Shown: one piece after another, positions 49,301 through 61,144 of the stretch
How positions within the stretch are numbered: position 1 is the stretch's first letter
How the letters are laid out: each line of letters starts with the position of its first letter
Source: Patellaria atrata CBS 101060
Lineage: Eukaryota
NCBI GenBank assembly: GCA_010093705.1
Contig: MU006106.1
Coordinates: 275,086-339,085 of the forward strand
Direction: 5' to 3'
Length of the DNA: 64,000 nucleotides
The notes under the pieces: model-generated
Told to the model about the DNA's origin: nothing
Database searches by the model: none
What the model saw: only the letters and a program-made list of their open reading frames with translations
Position numbers and translations under genes: made by a program

Positions 49301-51439
49301 CTAAGGATCTCCACCTCGTTTCTGAAATCGCCTCATATGCATTATAGGGCCCATAATTTCAGCAACACCACCTTCGCCTACGCTCACATACGGTGGGCTC
49401 CAATCTTTCGGTAGCATCAAACCTGTACTTGCCTCCGGAGGCTCGACCATGCAGTCTTTATATGCAAACCCCAATCGTGAATCTTCACGCTCTTCTTCAA
49501 ACAAGGTGCGCGAACGGCGGGTAGCTTGCGTGCTAATGTGTGTCGACTTGTGAAAATCTTCGACATAAGCCCATCCAGCATACGACCCTGGTATCTTTAC
49601 AAGAACGGTATCTTGTGGATTCAGATGCCTCAGTGCGGACGTCGGAATCGGCGTCTGGATATCCATATATTCCTCATCTGTTCGAAAACCGTGAACAAGG
49701 AGTAGTCCAACCATACGGGAATAGCCAGGATGCAGAGGTCTGCAGTCGGTATCATCTCGCATCAGGTAAGGAAAACTATATGGTTCGGGACAGCGCACCA
49801 GCTCCAAAGGTTTAATGATGCCATGTCGTTTATCATGCCACTGGTGATTTTCCAGCTCAGGCCCAGAGAGCGCTTTCTCATCCTCCATTTCAATAATGGT
49901 AAGGATTGTGCCGTTGATGGCTTTTTCAGCAAAGGCAGGCGCAATAGTATCACCTACTATCATAATCCCCCTAAAACCTGGCAAATCCGCGCTGAACGAA
50001 GCTTGTATAGGACACATGTCTGTTAGAGGTGTTGGGTCCCAGGTCATCCTCGGTATTTCCATGTCCGGGGAAGTTTGGTGATGGAAATAAGCTATGTAAC
50101 GCATTTCACGCAGCTGAGCAGAGGTACGTCTGCCCTTCTGAAGATCTCTGATGTAGTCATGTGCCCCAATGTAGTGACACTTTACCGTTGGACCAACTAT
50201 TCCTTGAAGCTGATTCCCAAGGTCTTTCTCCGAATTCGATATGTATACTAGATCGGTCAGAGTTTCTCGAAGACCGTGTATAACGTCTTTCATGATGTGA
50301 GGTCCTTCATGAACGACCCAACCCGGAAAGTTGATCACAAGGGGTACTCCTGGCGTCTCGTTCGATTCGTCGAGGTAATGCTTTACTAAATCGATTACGC
50401 AGAGGATGAAATGCTGTGGATCATCGTGGCCGGCAGCAATGCTACAAGCGTGTGCACGAATGATACGGTTTCGAGAAGAATATTCGTCCACGATCGAGTG
50501 AGAATAAGATGGACCCAAATTCAGCTCTTCGATCCGGAGAAGGGTCACTTGACCTGGAGTTGTATACTCTGGCTGGCCAGGGTCAAGATCAAGCCAGAAT
50601 ACTGATTTAAAACTGGTTGTTCTCATATTCTGGCTAACGGAAGCACTCGCAGTTTCAGAGTGTCTTGTCAAGAGGGCATTTGTAAACACCTTAGCTAAGG
50701 TAGATTTACCAGAACCTTGCTCTCCGTAGAACATGACTGCGGGAGGTCTTCTTCGACTGGAATCCCAAAGTTGTTCAAACACAAGTTGCCATTGTGTGCT
50801 GAAGTAAAGGGGGCGTAAAGAGCGCTTCAAGGGATCAAGCACACTGTTTGAAATATAGGAAAACGACCTCCAGGCTGGTAAATCGTGGCTAGGTCGAGCC
50901 CAGATATGAGCGAACAGGGGAGAAATTACCCTGAGATCTTTCAGAGTGTTGTGTATCCGATCGATCTGTAATTTCGCGTCGTGTTGTCGGCTGAGAACAG
51001 TGATTTTGGGTAAAGCATGCGTACTAGGAGCATAGACTCTGTGTTTTGTACCAGGGCCTATCACGGCGCCACATATGACAATGGTCCCTTCGAGGACAGT
51101 AAGATCATAAGCACCAATTATAGCGAGCGTTTGATGCGGATTGATCCTAATTATATCATAAGCCTCCTGACTATGTAAGCATGTTTTAGTCGGAACCCAT
51201 TCGCCCAGCTTCACAGCTACATCTTCTGTTGGTTTCAACTTTGGTGCCTTTTCTTGGGCATCGGTATCATAATAGCCAGACTCATGCTCACGAGATAAGT
51301 CCCCTTCAGGAGCGGCACCAGGGTTTTGGTCTATAACATCCTCCTCTTCTACTGAGGAAGACTCACTTTCTTCATGGTCGGTATCCATATTGACACTCGA
51401 CTGTTGCTTCCGAATTTTCGCCGCGGCGAATGCACTCAT
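49301..51439 (-). CDS. GRC3: Polynucleotide 5'-hydroxyl kinase Grc3/Nol9 (pre-rRNA processing)
   Basis: MSAFAAAK start, VYAPSTHALP, P-loop GEQGSGKST, Clp1-family LDLDPGQPE, PLVINFPGWV, SAQLREMRYIAYFH and AINGTIL. Confidence 0.9.
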   Translation of the reverse strand: MSAFAAAKIRKQQSSVNMDTDHEESESSSVEEEDVIDQNPGAAPEGDLSREHESGYYDTDAQEKAPKLKPTEDVAVKLGEWVPTKTCLHSQEAYDIIRINPHQTLAIIGAYDLTVLEGTIVICGAVIGPGTKHRVYAPSTHALPKITVLSRQHDAKLQIDRIHNTLKDLRVISPLFAHIWARPSHDLPAWRSFSYISNSVLDPLKRSLRPLYFSTQWQLVFEQLWDSSRRRPPAVMFYGEQGSGKSTLAKVFTNALLTRHSETASASVSQNMRTTSFKSVFWLDLDPGQPEYTTPGQVTLLRIEELNLGPSYSHSIVDEYSSRNRIIRAHACSIAAGHDDPQHFILCVIDLVKHYLDESNETPGVPLVINFPGWVVHEGPHIMKDVIHGLRETLTDLVYISNSEKDLGNQLQGIVGPTVKCHYIGAHDYIRDLQKGRRTSAQLREMRYIAYFHHQTSPDMEIPRMTWDPTPLTDMCPIQASFSADLPGFRGIMIVGDTIAPAFAEKAINGTILTIIEMEDEKALSGPELENHQWHDKRHGIIKPLELVRCPEPYSFPYLMRDDTDCRPLHPGYSRMVGLLLVHGFRTDEEYMDIQTPIPTSALRHLNPQDTVLVKIPGSYAGWAYVEDFHKSTHISTQATRRSRTLFEEEREDSRLGFAYKDCMVEPPEASTGLMLPKDWSPPYVSVGEGGVAEIMGPIMHMRRFQKRGGDP

Positions 51440-51763
51440 CTGAACTAGATTTTGATCAGCAAAAAGATTGAGAAAACCTGAGATGTCCTGTAGTAATTAC
51501 GCGGAGCCGAGGGGTCCTTGCCAAAGGCATCTTCCGCCTTTCTCTTCCCATCCATAATCGTTAATTTGCCTTGTCTGATCGAAAATGTGGTTATATTGCT
51601 ATGTTATGTCAAGCAAGCCAGAAATTGATGGACAAGTCGCGGTCGCGCTCGGGACTTGGTGACAGGCGAGACCGTAGAAGGCAATTTTACCCGGGCCGAC
51701 CTCAAGCTCTCACAATTTTTTTCGACAAGACAAGAGCTGGCGAAAATCAGCAATTGGGTAGAA

Positions 51764-52169
51764 ATGGCCCAACCAAAAGTGACACGCGTACCTCTACCGC
51801 ATGAAAAGCCTGTAACGACCTCAAGGGTATCAAGTACCCCGCGAAAACCCACCTTTAAGAGTCAGGAACTTGTGACAGTGAGCGACGACGAATCTAGCGC
51901 TGGGAGCTCAAGCGGGCGCAGTCTTGACAGCGAAAGCGATCCGGAAAAGAGAAAGAACACGAAGACTCCAAATATACAAAATGACAAAGCTACAGAACCG
52001 AATAGTCCGCCGATTCCAAGCGATGAGAGTAGCGAAAGCGAAAGCGACGTAGAACACGGCGATGGTGCAAACGGGTTGAGGGGTAAAGAACAGCAAGGCA
52101 CGAAAAGCGGTGAGGGTGATTTAGAGGAAAGTGAGAGCGAGAGCGGGGATAGGAGCGGAAGTGGGAGTG

Positions 52170-52204
<35 letters not shown>

Positions 52205-53257
52205 TCGTCGGGAGAGGAAGGGACCGAGAGCGAAAGCTCACCTGAAGAAGTAATCCCCTCAAAAGGGAGCACACGTGATGGGTTGGTCGAGTAATCCCCA
52301 TTTCCATGCTCAATACACTGACTATAGACTAGACGTAACACACAAACTGTCCAACTCCATCCACCCCCACCGTACAGACCACCAACTAGTTTTCAGTCAG
52401 TCCAGACATCTTTTCCTTCCTCCCAGTCGCTAGATATCTTCAACCCTGCAGATATCAACGGGAAGCAAGTATGGTATATCACTGCGCCAGCTACTGTCCC
52501 TATCCATATGATAAAACAGGTGTCATTAGAAAGAGTCATGAAAGGAGAACCGGTGATAGAGCACAATGGAGTCAGCTACGGATTTGTGCCAGCAGACCAG
52601 CATGAGCAGGCGACAAATCGGCTATTACTGCCTACAGATAAGGGTTACAAATCTGGTAACAAATTCGTCAGGATGGAGTCTAAAGCGTAGCTAATAAATA
52701 TCATAGCTAGGTACGATTTCTCATCCGTCTTCCATCTACAGCAAGTCGCAAAACTCCCACAACTTCATAACACCCAACCCGATGGCTCCTCAACTACGGA
52801 AGCATTCGCGGTAAAAATAGTTCGCAAGCAACCAAAGGGTTTAAAAATGCGGACGAAACCGTTTGGATTCGGATCTGATGCGCCCGGAACAATCGGATCC
52901 TCAGACAGCGAACCAGAACCAGCACCAAGACCACAGTTACGGATTCCTGAGGCAATCCCAGCAACCATAAGCCCTAAGAAGCGAAAACATCATTCAGTCA
53001 CTGAGAATGGAACCACGCCGGAGCAAACTGCTAAGAAATCAAAGAAAACTGATAAGAAAAGACGCGACGTGTATGAATTTGACGATGATGCTGTCGGGAA
53101 ACGCACCACTGAACTTGTGAAGAAGTCAAAAAAGGAGAAGTCGAAATCTGTCAATGGTCATGTAGAGACGAAATCTTCGCGGAAAGGTGGGGATGAAAGA
53201 AAAGATAAAGAGAAGAAAAGGAAGAAAGATAAAGCTAAAGAAGGAGCTCGTGTGTAG
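51764..53257 (+). CDS. RPA34: RNA polymerase I subunit A34.5 (Rpa34)-like; 3 exons
   Basis: Acidic S/E-rich N-terminus, GKQVWYITAPATVPI, VRKQPKGLKMRTKPFG and a Lys-rich C-terminal tail. Intron-like breaks at ~52282-52332 and ~52656-52709. Confidence 0.8.
52159..52204 (+). repeat. Hexanucleotide microsatellite (GGGAGT)2(GAGAGT)4-5 encoding a GS/ES tract in RPA34
   Basis: Directly visible tandem array. Confidence 0.85.
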
Positions 53258-53690
53258 CGACCGGCCGCAAGATATATACGTTTCTAAAGATACCCAAGCT
53301 TCTCTAAATAGATTACTTCCAGTAGGTTCATACTAATGATACGATTATACTGTCATATATCTCACATTGACTGTATTACTGTCGAAATCTTTGCGTTATC
53401 AGGTTAAGAGTTTACGATTACAGTATGCTTCCTGTACACGTCAAATTAAAGCTACAAATACGGCCAATTCAGACGTTTCATCGGTCTGGTACAACTCGGT
53501 CAAAGTGTCTCCTCAATCAAAGTGTACAGTAGTACAAGAACACCTCCGCGAGGGAGCGCGAGGGCCAAAAGCATTATTCCCGTATCTTCGGTTTCAATCC
53601 ATACACCAAACCTAATATTTTCTCGAAAACCACTCATCCGTCCACCCACTCCATATAATCCCCAAACTCCGTCTCCCATACCTCTCACCC

Positions 53691-55355
53691 TTAATCCAGA
53701 CAATCATCCCTCAAAGCAAACAACTGCTTCCACACCTCATCGCTCCGTTGACTAATGGCATTATGATACATAACATTCGTCTCGAACGTCTTCGCCCCCT
53801 TAATCTTACTCACCGTCTCCTTAGAATACTCATAATCGACGTACATGTCGTGCTGATAAACCGCCGCGTAGACAGGTACTTCATTCTTAGCGAGCTGTTC
53901 TTCGTCGTAGAGGGAGGGCCAGGAGGAGTATTGGGCGAGGAGTTCAGCCACGGAGGACACTTTGGAGAGTTCAGAAGAGTCGGCGAAGATTTCGGGGAAG
54001 ATCTGGGGGTTGTTAGTGGAATTGTGGGGATGGAGAAGGGAAGAGTGGAGTACCATTTCTGCGGTGAAGAGGAAGGGGTTATCGGTCTGGGTGGTGTTGA
54101 ATTGTGGAAAGAGCTTTTCTTGTATTCGGGCCGCGGACCACTTCGGTGCGAAATCTTGGCAGTAAATAGGTTCGTGGAGGAGTGCGTATATAATATTGTC
54201 GTCGAATGGGAGGGATTGCTCGATCATTGCGAGTGTTTTTCGTGCGATGTGGCCGAATTGGTCGAGGTCTGATGATGCTCGGAGGATAAGGTCTGGGAAA
54301 ATTAGTCTGGTCTTCAATTTTGACGGTCTTCAATTTGGATAGTCTTCAAATGGACAATCTTCGGATAGACAGTTTCCAATGGACAATCTTTGACTCTAGG
54401 GAATCTTCAGACTTACTGTGAAAGCTATCAAAACCGCCTATTCACCGTCAGACTCACACTCATTGAATGTTAAGGGGTACAGTACACATACCATGCATTC
54501 CGAGCTTCAACCCCAAACTCTGGAATCTTCGTGGGGTCAAATATCCACCGGCTGGTAGTCTCACCGTCTTATTTCCGTGTCTCTGCAACAACGCTACTAT
54601 TTTCTTCACCCTTTCGACATCCTCAGGGAACTTCTGATAGTACCACTCATTCCGCTCTATGTTCTTCTTATACATACGCTCGTAGATCTCATCGGGGTGC
54701 TTTCCCACAGGCGGGATACCACCAAAAATGAACACCTCCCTCAACGCCTCTGGGTACTTGGACAAATACGTAGTTGAGCAGAACCCACCAAAACTCTGCC
54801 CCACGACCGACCACTTCTGCTTCTCGGCTGGATAATCCTTCGTCAACGCCATACGGATAGCTTCACAATCAGCAACGATGCTATCCGCACGAAAACTCCT
54901 CAAATACTCCGCTTGTACCTGATCATCACCCCTTAGCCCCAGCGTCGAAGCGGTGAGCGGAGTGCTCAATCCAGTCCCACGGGGATCCATGAAGATGATT
55001 TGATACCCCTTATCCAGCACCAAGCTAGTAAAGGGGTGGTGATGCGGGAGTGGACACTCGAATCCAGGCCCACCTTGGAGGTAGATCATCCATGGGAGTT
55101 GCTTCTTCTTTTCGTCTTCGGGCGCGCCGTCGGCGGGTTTTTCGACCTTGGTGGCGCTGCGGGCGAAGAGTTGGATGTTGCCCGAGGAGGGCTTGGACCA
55201 GTCCCGTGGGACTTCGAAGAAGTGTTCGGTGATTTTGAGCTTCCCTGTCAATGTTTAGTGGGATGAATATGGAGGAGGATTGACGGAGGCAGTGTACCTG
55301 GAACTGGGTAGGACCGCTGAGAGAGAATTTTGGCTGCTGTTGCTTTGAGTGACAT
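53691..55355 (-). CDS. Proline iminopeptidase / prolyl aminopeptidase (peptidase S33, alpha/beta hydrolase); 5 exons including a 21-nt micro-exon 54417-54437
   Basis: YLQGGPG, DPRGTGLSTP, FRADSIVADCE, nucleophile GQSFGGF, YALLHEPIY, LYDEEQLAKNEVPVYAAVYQHDMYVD and the catalytic His in MYHNAI. Confidence 0.92.
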
Positions 55356-55879
55356 GATGAAAGGTTGCTTTAATAGCAGTATAGGCTCTTATCGGATGTT
55401 TACAATTTCACTTGTATGAGGATTTGGAATTGAAAAGGAATCAAACGAGCAGAGTGGTGATCCGGATATTTATCAGCTTTCCCCTCCCAACAATGCGGTT
55501 CGTCACCTTACAGGATTCTTGCTACCCCTACCCGCATCTACTTGAGCTGGGGAAGTTGATGGTTGAGTTTCGGGGAGTAGTCTTACAGGTTTCTAGATTC
55601 GGTTAGTTCAGTTAAGCTCTGGTGGGGATCTTCAAGCGACATCGCTGAACGTTTATATTGACCACATCCAGTATTCTAAAAATTGGAGATGGATGCATAA
55701 GGCTTATATCATTTTAGAGAATCTAGTGTGAGACTGTATGTGAACAGTAGGTATTGCGACTACCGGACTTGATAAATGAAGTCATTCCGTCGCTTAGAGC
55801 TAACATTCACCGACTAATTGCGAGTTATCTTTTCAGTTATTATTCCTTGCAAGTCCGTATTTTCCCATAGTCTTAGAAG

Positions 55880-57922
55880 ATGGTAAAGAAAGATAAGAAG
55901 GCGAAAGCGGCTGAGAAGAAGGCTAGAGTAGCACAAAAGCAAGACAAAAAGGCCGCCCAGAAAGAGAAGAAAACGAAGAACAAACCTTCAAACGGAGGCG
56001 ATGACAGTGATGCGGAGGACGTAGATCTCGATGCTGTTCTAGCTGAGTATGCGCGGAAGCAAGAGCAGTTTCTGAAAGTTTCTGAAACCGTTGTCGAACC
56101 ACCATCACCACGTGGATCGTCAACATTAATAGGCTCCCCTTCCAATGACAATGAACTTTTCTTGTTCGGAGGAGAGTATTATAACGGAGCACTTGCTTCT
56201 TTCTACAATGATCTATTCATTTATAATATCAACCGTGACGAATGGAAGCTAGTCACATCCCCCAACTCTCCGCTTCCAAGGAGCGGGCACGCCTGGTGTC
56301 GAGGCGGCAATGCAGGCGGCGTCTATCTCTTCGGTGGTGAGTTCTCGTCTCCAAAGCAAGGGACCTTCTACCACTATAATGACTTCTGGCGTCTTGAGCC
56401 GTCTTCCCATGAGTGGACGAGGTTAGAGAGCAAAGGGAAAGGGCCACCTGCGAGAAGCGGACACCGTATGACATACTTCAAAAACTATATCATTCTTTTT
56501 GGCGGCTTCCAGGATACGTCGCAAACGACTAAGTATCTTTCCGATATATGGATCTACGACTGCACGACTTTTCAGTGGCATGAGCCAAAGCTACCACCAG
56601 CATCTGGAAAACCGGATGCACGTTCATCTTTCTCTCTTCTCCCACACGAAAGCGGGGCTGTAATGTACGGCGGCTATTCACGAGTCAAGACATCTACAGC
56701 GGTTGGTAGACAGACAAAAGGCGGCGGTAGCAGTTCCCGCGTAGTTCTCAAACCTGTAGTTCATCAAGATACATGGTTCCTCCGCATAGCACCTCCCTCA
56801 TCCGAGGCACCCCCAAACTCTCTACCAACAGTTCGTTGGGAGCGTCGCAAGAAACCAGCTAATCCGCCAAATCCCCCAAGAGCGGGGGCGACAATGGTTT
56901 ACCACAAGGGGCGTGGTATCTTATTCGGCGGTGTGCATGATGTAGAGGAGAGTGAGGAGGGTATCGACTCTGAGTTTTTCAACAACTTATTTGTATGGAA
57001 TATCGATCGAAATAGATATTTTCCACTCACATTGCGGAAGCCAAGGGTGCAGAAAAAGTTAGCGCCGGCTGCAGAACGAGGTGGGCGGAGAGGAAGGGGT
57101 AAAGCGGATGAAGAAGAACTTCTTCGCAACCTAGCAGCGCTAGAAATGAGAGGTACACTCGCCGGAGCAGACGATGGTGATGTCTCCATAGGCGGTTCAA
57201 CGCTTGTCGAGGACGAGGAGGAAAAAGAAACGAAGGTAGGGAAACCAACCACGTTCGAGATGCCACATCCCCGCTTCAACGCTCAACTTGCAGTGCAAGA
57301 TGATGTCCTTTATATCTTTGGCGGTACTTTTGAGAAAGCGGACCAGGAATTTACGTTCGATGAGTTATGGGCAATTGACCTTGGACGCCTTGACGGTGTT
57401 AAAGAAATATTCCGCCGTGAGCTAGAAGCTTGGGTTGGCAGTGATGACGAAGAGAGCGACGAAGAAGAGGACGACGAGGAGGAAGATAAGGAAGACGCTG
57501 ACGCCGAACACGAAGACACAAAGTCAGAAGCCCCAAGCATGGCCGCAACCTCCGTATCTCAGCCTATCGCAAAAGAACCGCTCGATACACCTTCTGAAGC
57601 CGTCGAAGAGACCGAAGAAACATCCGCCCTCACAGATACTCTTCCACATCCCCGTCCATTCGAATCTCTACGCGAGTTCTATTCTCGCACCTCCCAAGCG
57701 TGGCAAGAACTCACCCTCGACACTCTAGCACGGACGTACAGCGGAGAGAACAGGAGCGTGAAGGAGATCAAGACGCTTGCATTTGCCCGAGCCGAGGAGA
57801 AGTGGTGGGATTGTCGGGAGGAAATCCGCGAGCTGGAGGATGAGCAAACGGAGGCAGGTATTGGTGAAGTGGTTAGTATTGCGGATAAGGGGATAGCGAG
57901 TGGAGCTGGGAGGAGAAGATGA
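55880..57922 (+). CDS. KEL3: Kelch-repeat protein Kel3/KLHDC4-like with C-terminal DUF4110-like domain
   Basis: Kelch repeats LFLFGGEYY, PLPRSGH, FGGEFSSPKQGTFYHYNDFW, PPARSGHRM and FGGFQD. C-terminal PHPRPFESLREFYSRT. Confidence 0.88.
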   Translation: MVKKDKKAKAAEKKARVAQKQDKKAAQKEKKTKNKPSNGGDDSDAEDVDLDAVLAEYARKQEQFLKVSETVVEPPSPRGSSTLIGSPSNDNELFLFGGEYYNGALASFYNDLFIYNINRDEWKLVTSPNSPLPRSGHAWCRGGNAGGVYLFGGEFSSPKQGTFYHYNDFWRLEPSSHEWTRLESKGKGPPARSGHRMTYFKNYIILFGGFQDTSQTTKYLSDIWIYDCTTFQWHEPKLPPASGKPDARSSFSLLPHESGAVMYGGYSRVKTSTAVGRQTKGGGSSSRVVLKPVVHQDTWFLRIAPPSSEAPPNSLPTVRWERRKKPANPPNPPRAGATMVYHKGRGILFGGVHDVEESEEGIDSEFFNNLFVWNIDRNRYFPLTLRKPRVQKKLAPAAERGGRRGRGKADEEELLRNLAALEMRGTLAGADDGDVSIGGSTLVEDEEEKETKVGKPTTFEMPHPRFNAQLAVQDDVLYIFGGTFEKADQEFTFDELWAIDLGRLDGVKEIFRRELEAWVGSDDEESDEEEDDEEEDKEDADAEHEDTKSEAPSMAATSVSQPIAKEPLDTPSEAVEETEETSALTDTLPHPRPFESLREFYSRTSQAWQELTLDTLARTYSGENRSVKEIKTLAFARAEEKWWDCREEIRELEDEQTEAGIGEVVSIADKGIASGAGRRR

Positions 57923-59380
57923 ATGATTGAATAGAGCTGGAGAGGGTGAGATCATCACTAGAATACCTTCGCACACTATATATTGGCTACTCGTGAGTGC
58001 TGGGTTACCTTATGAGCGGTGATAGAGCTAATAGTCGAAGATCTTTCACTATTACCGGGAATTGAACCTAACCCGTACATCGCGATATCTAGCCGGGCTA
58101 GTGAAGCAGGTGAAGAACTTAGTAGACAACGCTCTCCAATACGGACTTCTGGGACTTATCAGATTCCGATCAACACATTAACGATCGACACATTAAAGAT
58201 CGAGAAGCGAATTCTGAACAATACCAGGATCACGGTCCAGATCTACGGTCAAGACAATCAGGAAGATATCCTCTTCCGTGATTGTTTGACCGCTGACAGA
58301 TTCTTGATGTCACTGGAAGAAGCAATTGGTACTGGCATCACAAGATTCCTTTTTGAGATCTATGATGGCAGAGACAATAACCAGTGCCGATCATTTAGCG
58401 TGAGGGAAGGGAGGTTCAATGTCAAAAGAGCAGAGTACCGGGATGAGATCATGCGCTGTATAATCAATGCCCCAGGTTTTAAGAGGGGCGCCGATTTCCT
58501 TTGTGAATTAGGGTCATATGTTCTGAATTGAATGCTCTGACGGGCAACGAGGAGTCCACTTATTTGCCATTATCGAAATGGTAATTGTCCTATTTCATCT
58601 CTTAGCAGATAAGATTTTCAGTTGGTATCATGGACTATATGTACAGGTAATAAATTAGGTATCCACAAGGATAACTTGATTATTACTCTCGAATATCATG
58701 CCGCATGTGTTGAGGTAGGTAGGTATATAGTACCAGAGCTAGTACAGTACATTAGCAGGGCGCTTTTTGACTATGATTTTACCATTCTCGTACCGTGTCT
58801 CGTACCATTCGTACCGTGCTTCGTACCCTGCCTCATACTCTTCCTCATACCCTACTGGTCATCTACCTGTATATGGTTCGAACTGAATTCTGACTAGCCT
58901 CGGATTATACTCACGGGATATTATCCAGCCCATGCGCTAGATGAGCCTACACTGCTCTAACTAGTTTACTAGCGCCGTAGCTAGCTGTACGCATAGTTCA
59001 CTTGCGAAAGTTTTCAAAAGTGATAGCCCTATCGATATTTGAAACAATATTCCTCAATATAAGAGCCTAGGCAATAATAGACGTAGTCTAAGGTAACAGT
59101 GTCTTCTCTCCAGATGTAGAGGATTCGTCCCCAAAGTTAGGCTAAAAAGTGCTTTGCGGAGCAGATGCTCAGAGTAAGGAGTGATAAAGTAAACACAAAG
59201 AGACTTTCATGGAGAAAATGACGAAACGTGTTTCTCAATTTTAAATGGGATAATTCACCAATATCTACCAGCATCTATTACGTACTGGGAAAGTATTGTT
59301 CGACGTATCTTTACTATACATGCCATTAACTGAGTACAGCGTACTATATACATGCCACTTGATTTCAGGGTTGAAGACGT

Positions 59381-61144
59381 TCATACCCCGGAATATACCG
59401 CCGTAACGCCTCTTCCACACTCTACCCTTTGTTCCATGCTTACAGACCGGCCGTTAATATTTACCTTCTTTCTTGGAGTAAGCTGAAACCTGTGCTCCTC
59501 TCGCTCTCTCGCCTGCCTCTCTGCTTGAAAATCTAGGGGTTGAATATAGGTAGGGTGAGACACATTGTTCCTCTTCCCAGTCCCTAATTGATAGAATTCA
59601 TTGTTCCCAAAGAACAAAATATCAGCACCCCAATTGATATCATTCTCTGTCCCTCTCTCACTCGCATGGACAGAGGTTACGTTGCCCATGACAGCAGAAG
59701 CGTGAGTGGCACCAACTGAAATGCGAGATAGCCTAATGGGAACGGATTTCTTCGTCCTCTCGTCATACTCGAACAAGCCACTTAAAGCGGGGATTTTCGT
59801 TGGTATACCTTGCACGTGAGTCCAACGTCCATTGCCAAGGCTCCCCCAGATGCCTTGACCACAACTCCATGTATCCGCTGTCACCTTGCCCAGACTCCTT
59901 GTAGAGGCGGTATCATCTTCCCGACCTGCTATTTTGGTAGCATCTACTGTGAAATAACTATTCTTTCCTCCAGCAGCAATCCCAGTGACCCGGGGAACTT
60001 GATCAGTCCCCGCATACAAGTTTTGGATTGGAATAAGGGAAGGTACGTCAATGATTGCAAAATCTGGGTTAAAGTCAAGTCCGAGCTGTCCATGAGAATT
60101 ATCTCCAAATGAAAACACTCGACCTTCACTATCGGCGGCTAAGGAATGATAATCGCCTGCGGAAATATGCTTGATGTTGAAACCACGCAATGTGCTGATT
60201 TCATGACACATGTCATAAGGTCCCTGTGGTCTAGTAGTCCAAGTCAAGCCAGGAATACCTAGTTGGCCTTTGTTGGGGAAGTCCTCCGAGCCAGACGCTG
60301 CAGAGAACAATCTGCCTTTTGAAGTTAGTAAAAGGACATGTTCTAATCCTCCCGCAATGTTCGAGACTTTTTCACCCCATCCTAGGCCTTTAGGTTGAAG
60401 TCGGCGGTAACTAATACTGGACCTTGATTTCCAAAACGGTATCCATGTCTCTTCGAGTGGCTTTGGGCCTTCTTCTTGCTCCGATTGCGACACAGGGACA
60501 GAATATGTTTTACCATCCTTACTCAGGGCAATTATGCGGTCTCGTGATACTGCAAGGGATTCTAAATTCTTTCCTTTGAGGGTCACCACAGGACGTTTAC
60601 ACTCAGGGGAAAACTCTGTACCCCATTGCATGAGGTCTCCTTTATCAGTTATGGCCGCGCCGAATTTGCGATCCAACTTCAAATCTCTCAGGAGTAATCC
60701 ATCGAAGAAAGATAATCTGCGGGGTGTTTTGATGAACGACTCCGACGACTCGGGAGCTACCACTCGCCCAGAATTTGATCCCCAGGCATATATACCAGGG
60801 TTTTCCCAGCTCTTCTTGACCTGAAGATGTTGGGAGCTAATGATGTCTCTATTCTCCTCCTTCGAACTAGGTTTCTTCCGCGCCGGTTCGAATTTGATCT
60901 CCGCAGGCGTCACAGGCTCCTCTGCATGCACTTCTTCGAATATCTTATCATCAATGAGCCATTGCAGTGTGGTCGCGAGAGATCCTACCCCAGCAACGAG
61001 AAGGATCGAACGAGTGAAGTGTTGTTGACGACGGGTTGCATACGGCGAAGCTGCGACTCGGGTATTGAAGCTTCTAACCTCTCGAACGGTAGCGCTTTGG
61101 TAGAGTCGAAGAATCGCTCGAGTAGAGTATCTTGGGTTCATCAT
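59381..61144 (-). CDS. FMP25: Mitochondrial RCC1-repeat protein Fmp25-like
   Basis: Arg-rich presequence-like N-terminus and one TM segment, QHLQVKKSWENPGIYAWGSNSG, and RCC1 repeats (AGGLEHVL, SAGDYHSL, FGDNSHGQLG, GNNEFYQLGTG). Confidence 0.85.
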   Translation of the reverse strand: MMNPRYSTRAILRLYQSATVREVRSFNTRVAASPYATRRQQHFTRSILLVAGVGSLATTLQWLIDDKIFEEVHAEEPVTPAEIKFEPARKKPSSKEENRDIISSQHLQVKKSWENPGIYAWGSNSGRVVAPESSESFIKTPRRLSFFDGLLLRDLKLDRKFGAAITDKGDLMQWGTEFSPECKRPVVTLKGKNLESLAVSRDRIIALSKDGKTYSVPVSQSEQEEGPKPLEETWIPFWKSRSSISYRRLQPKGLGWGEKVSNIAGGLEHVLLLTSKGRLFSAASGSEDFPNKGQLGIPGLTWTTRPQGPYDMCHEISTLRGFNIKHISAGDYHSLAADSEGRVFSFGDNSHGQLGLDFNPDFAIIDVPSLIPIQNLYAGTDQVPRVTGIAAGGKNSYFTVDATKIAGREDDTASTRSLGKVTADTWSCGQGIWGSLGNGRWTHVQGIPTKIPALSGLFEYDERTKKSVPIRLSRISVGATHASAVMGNVTSVHASERGTENDINWGADILFFGNNEFYQLGTGKRNNVSHPTYIQPLDFQAERQAREREEHRFQLTPRKKVNINGRSVSMEQRVECGRGVTAVYSGV

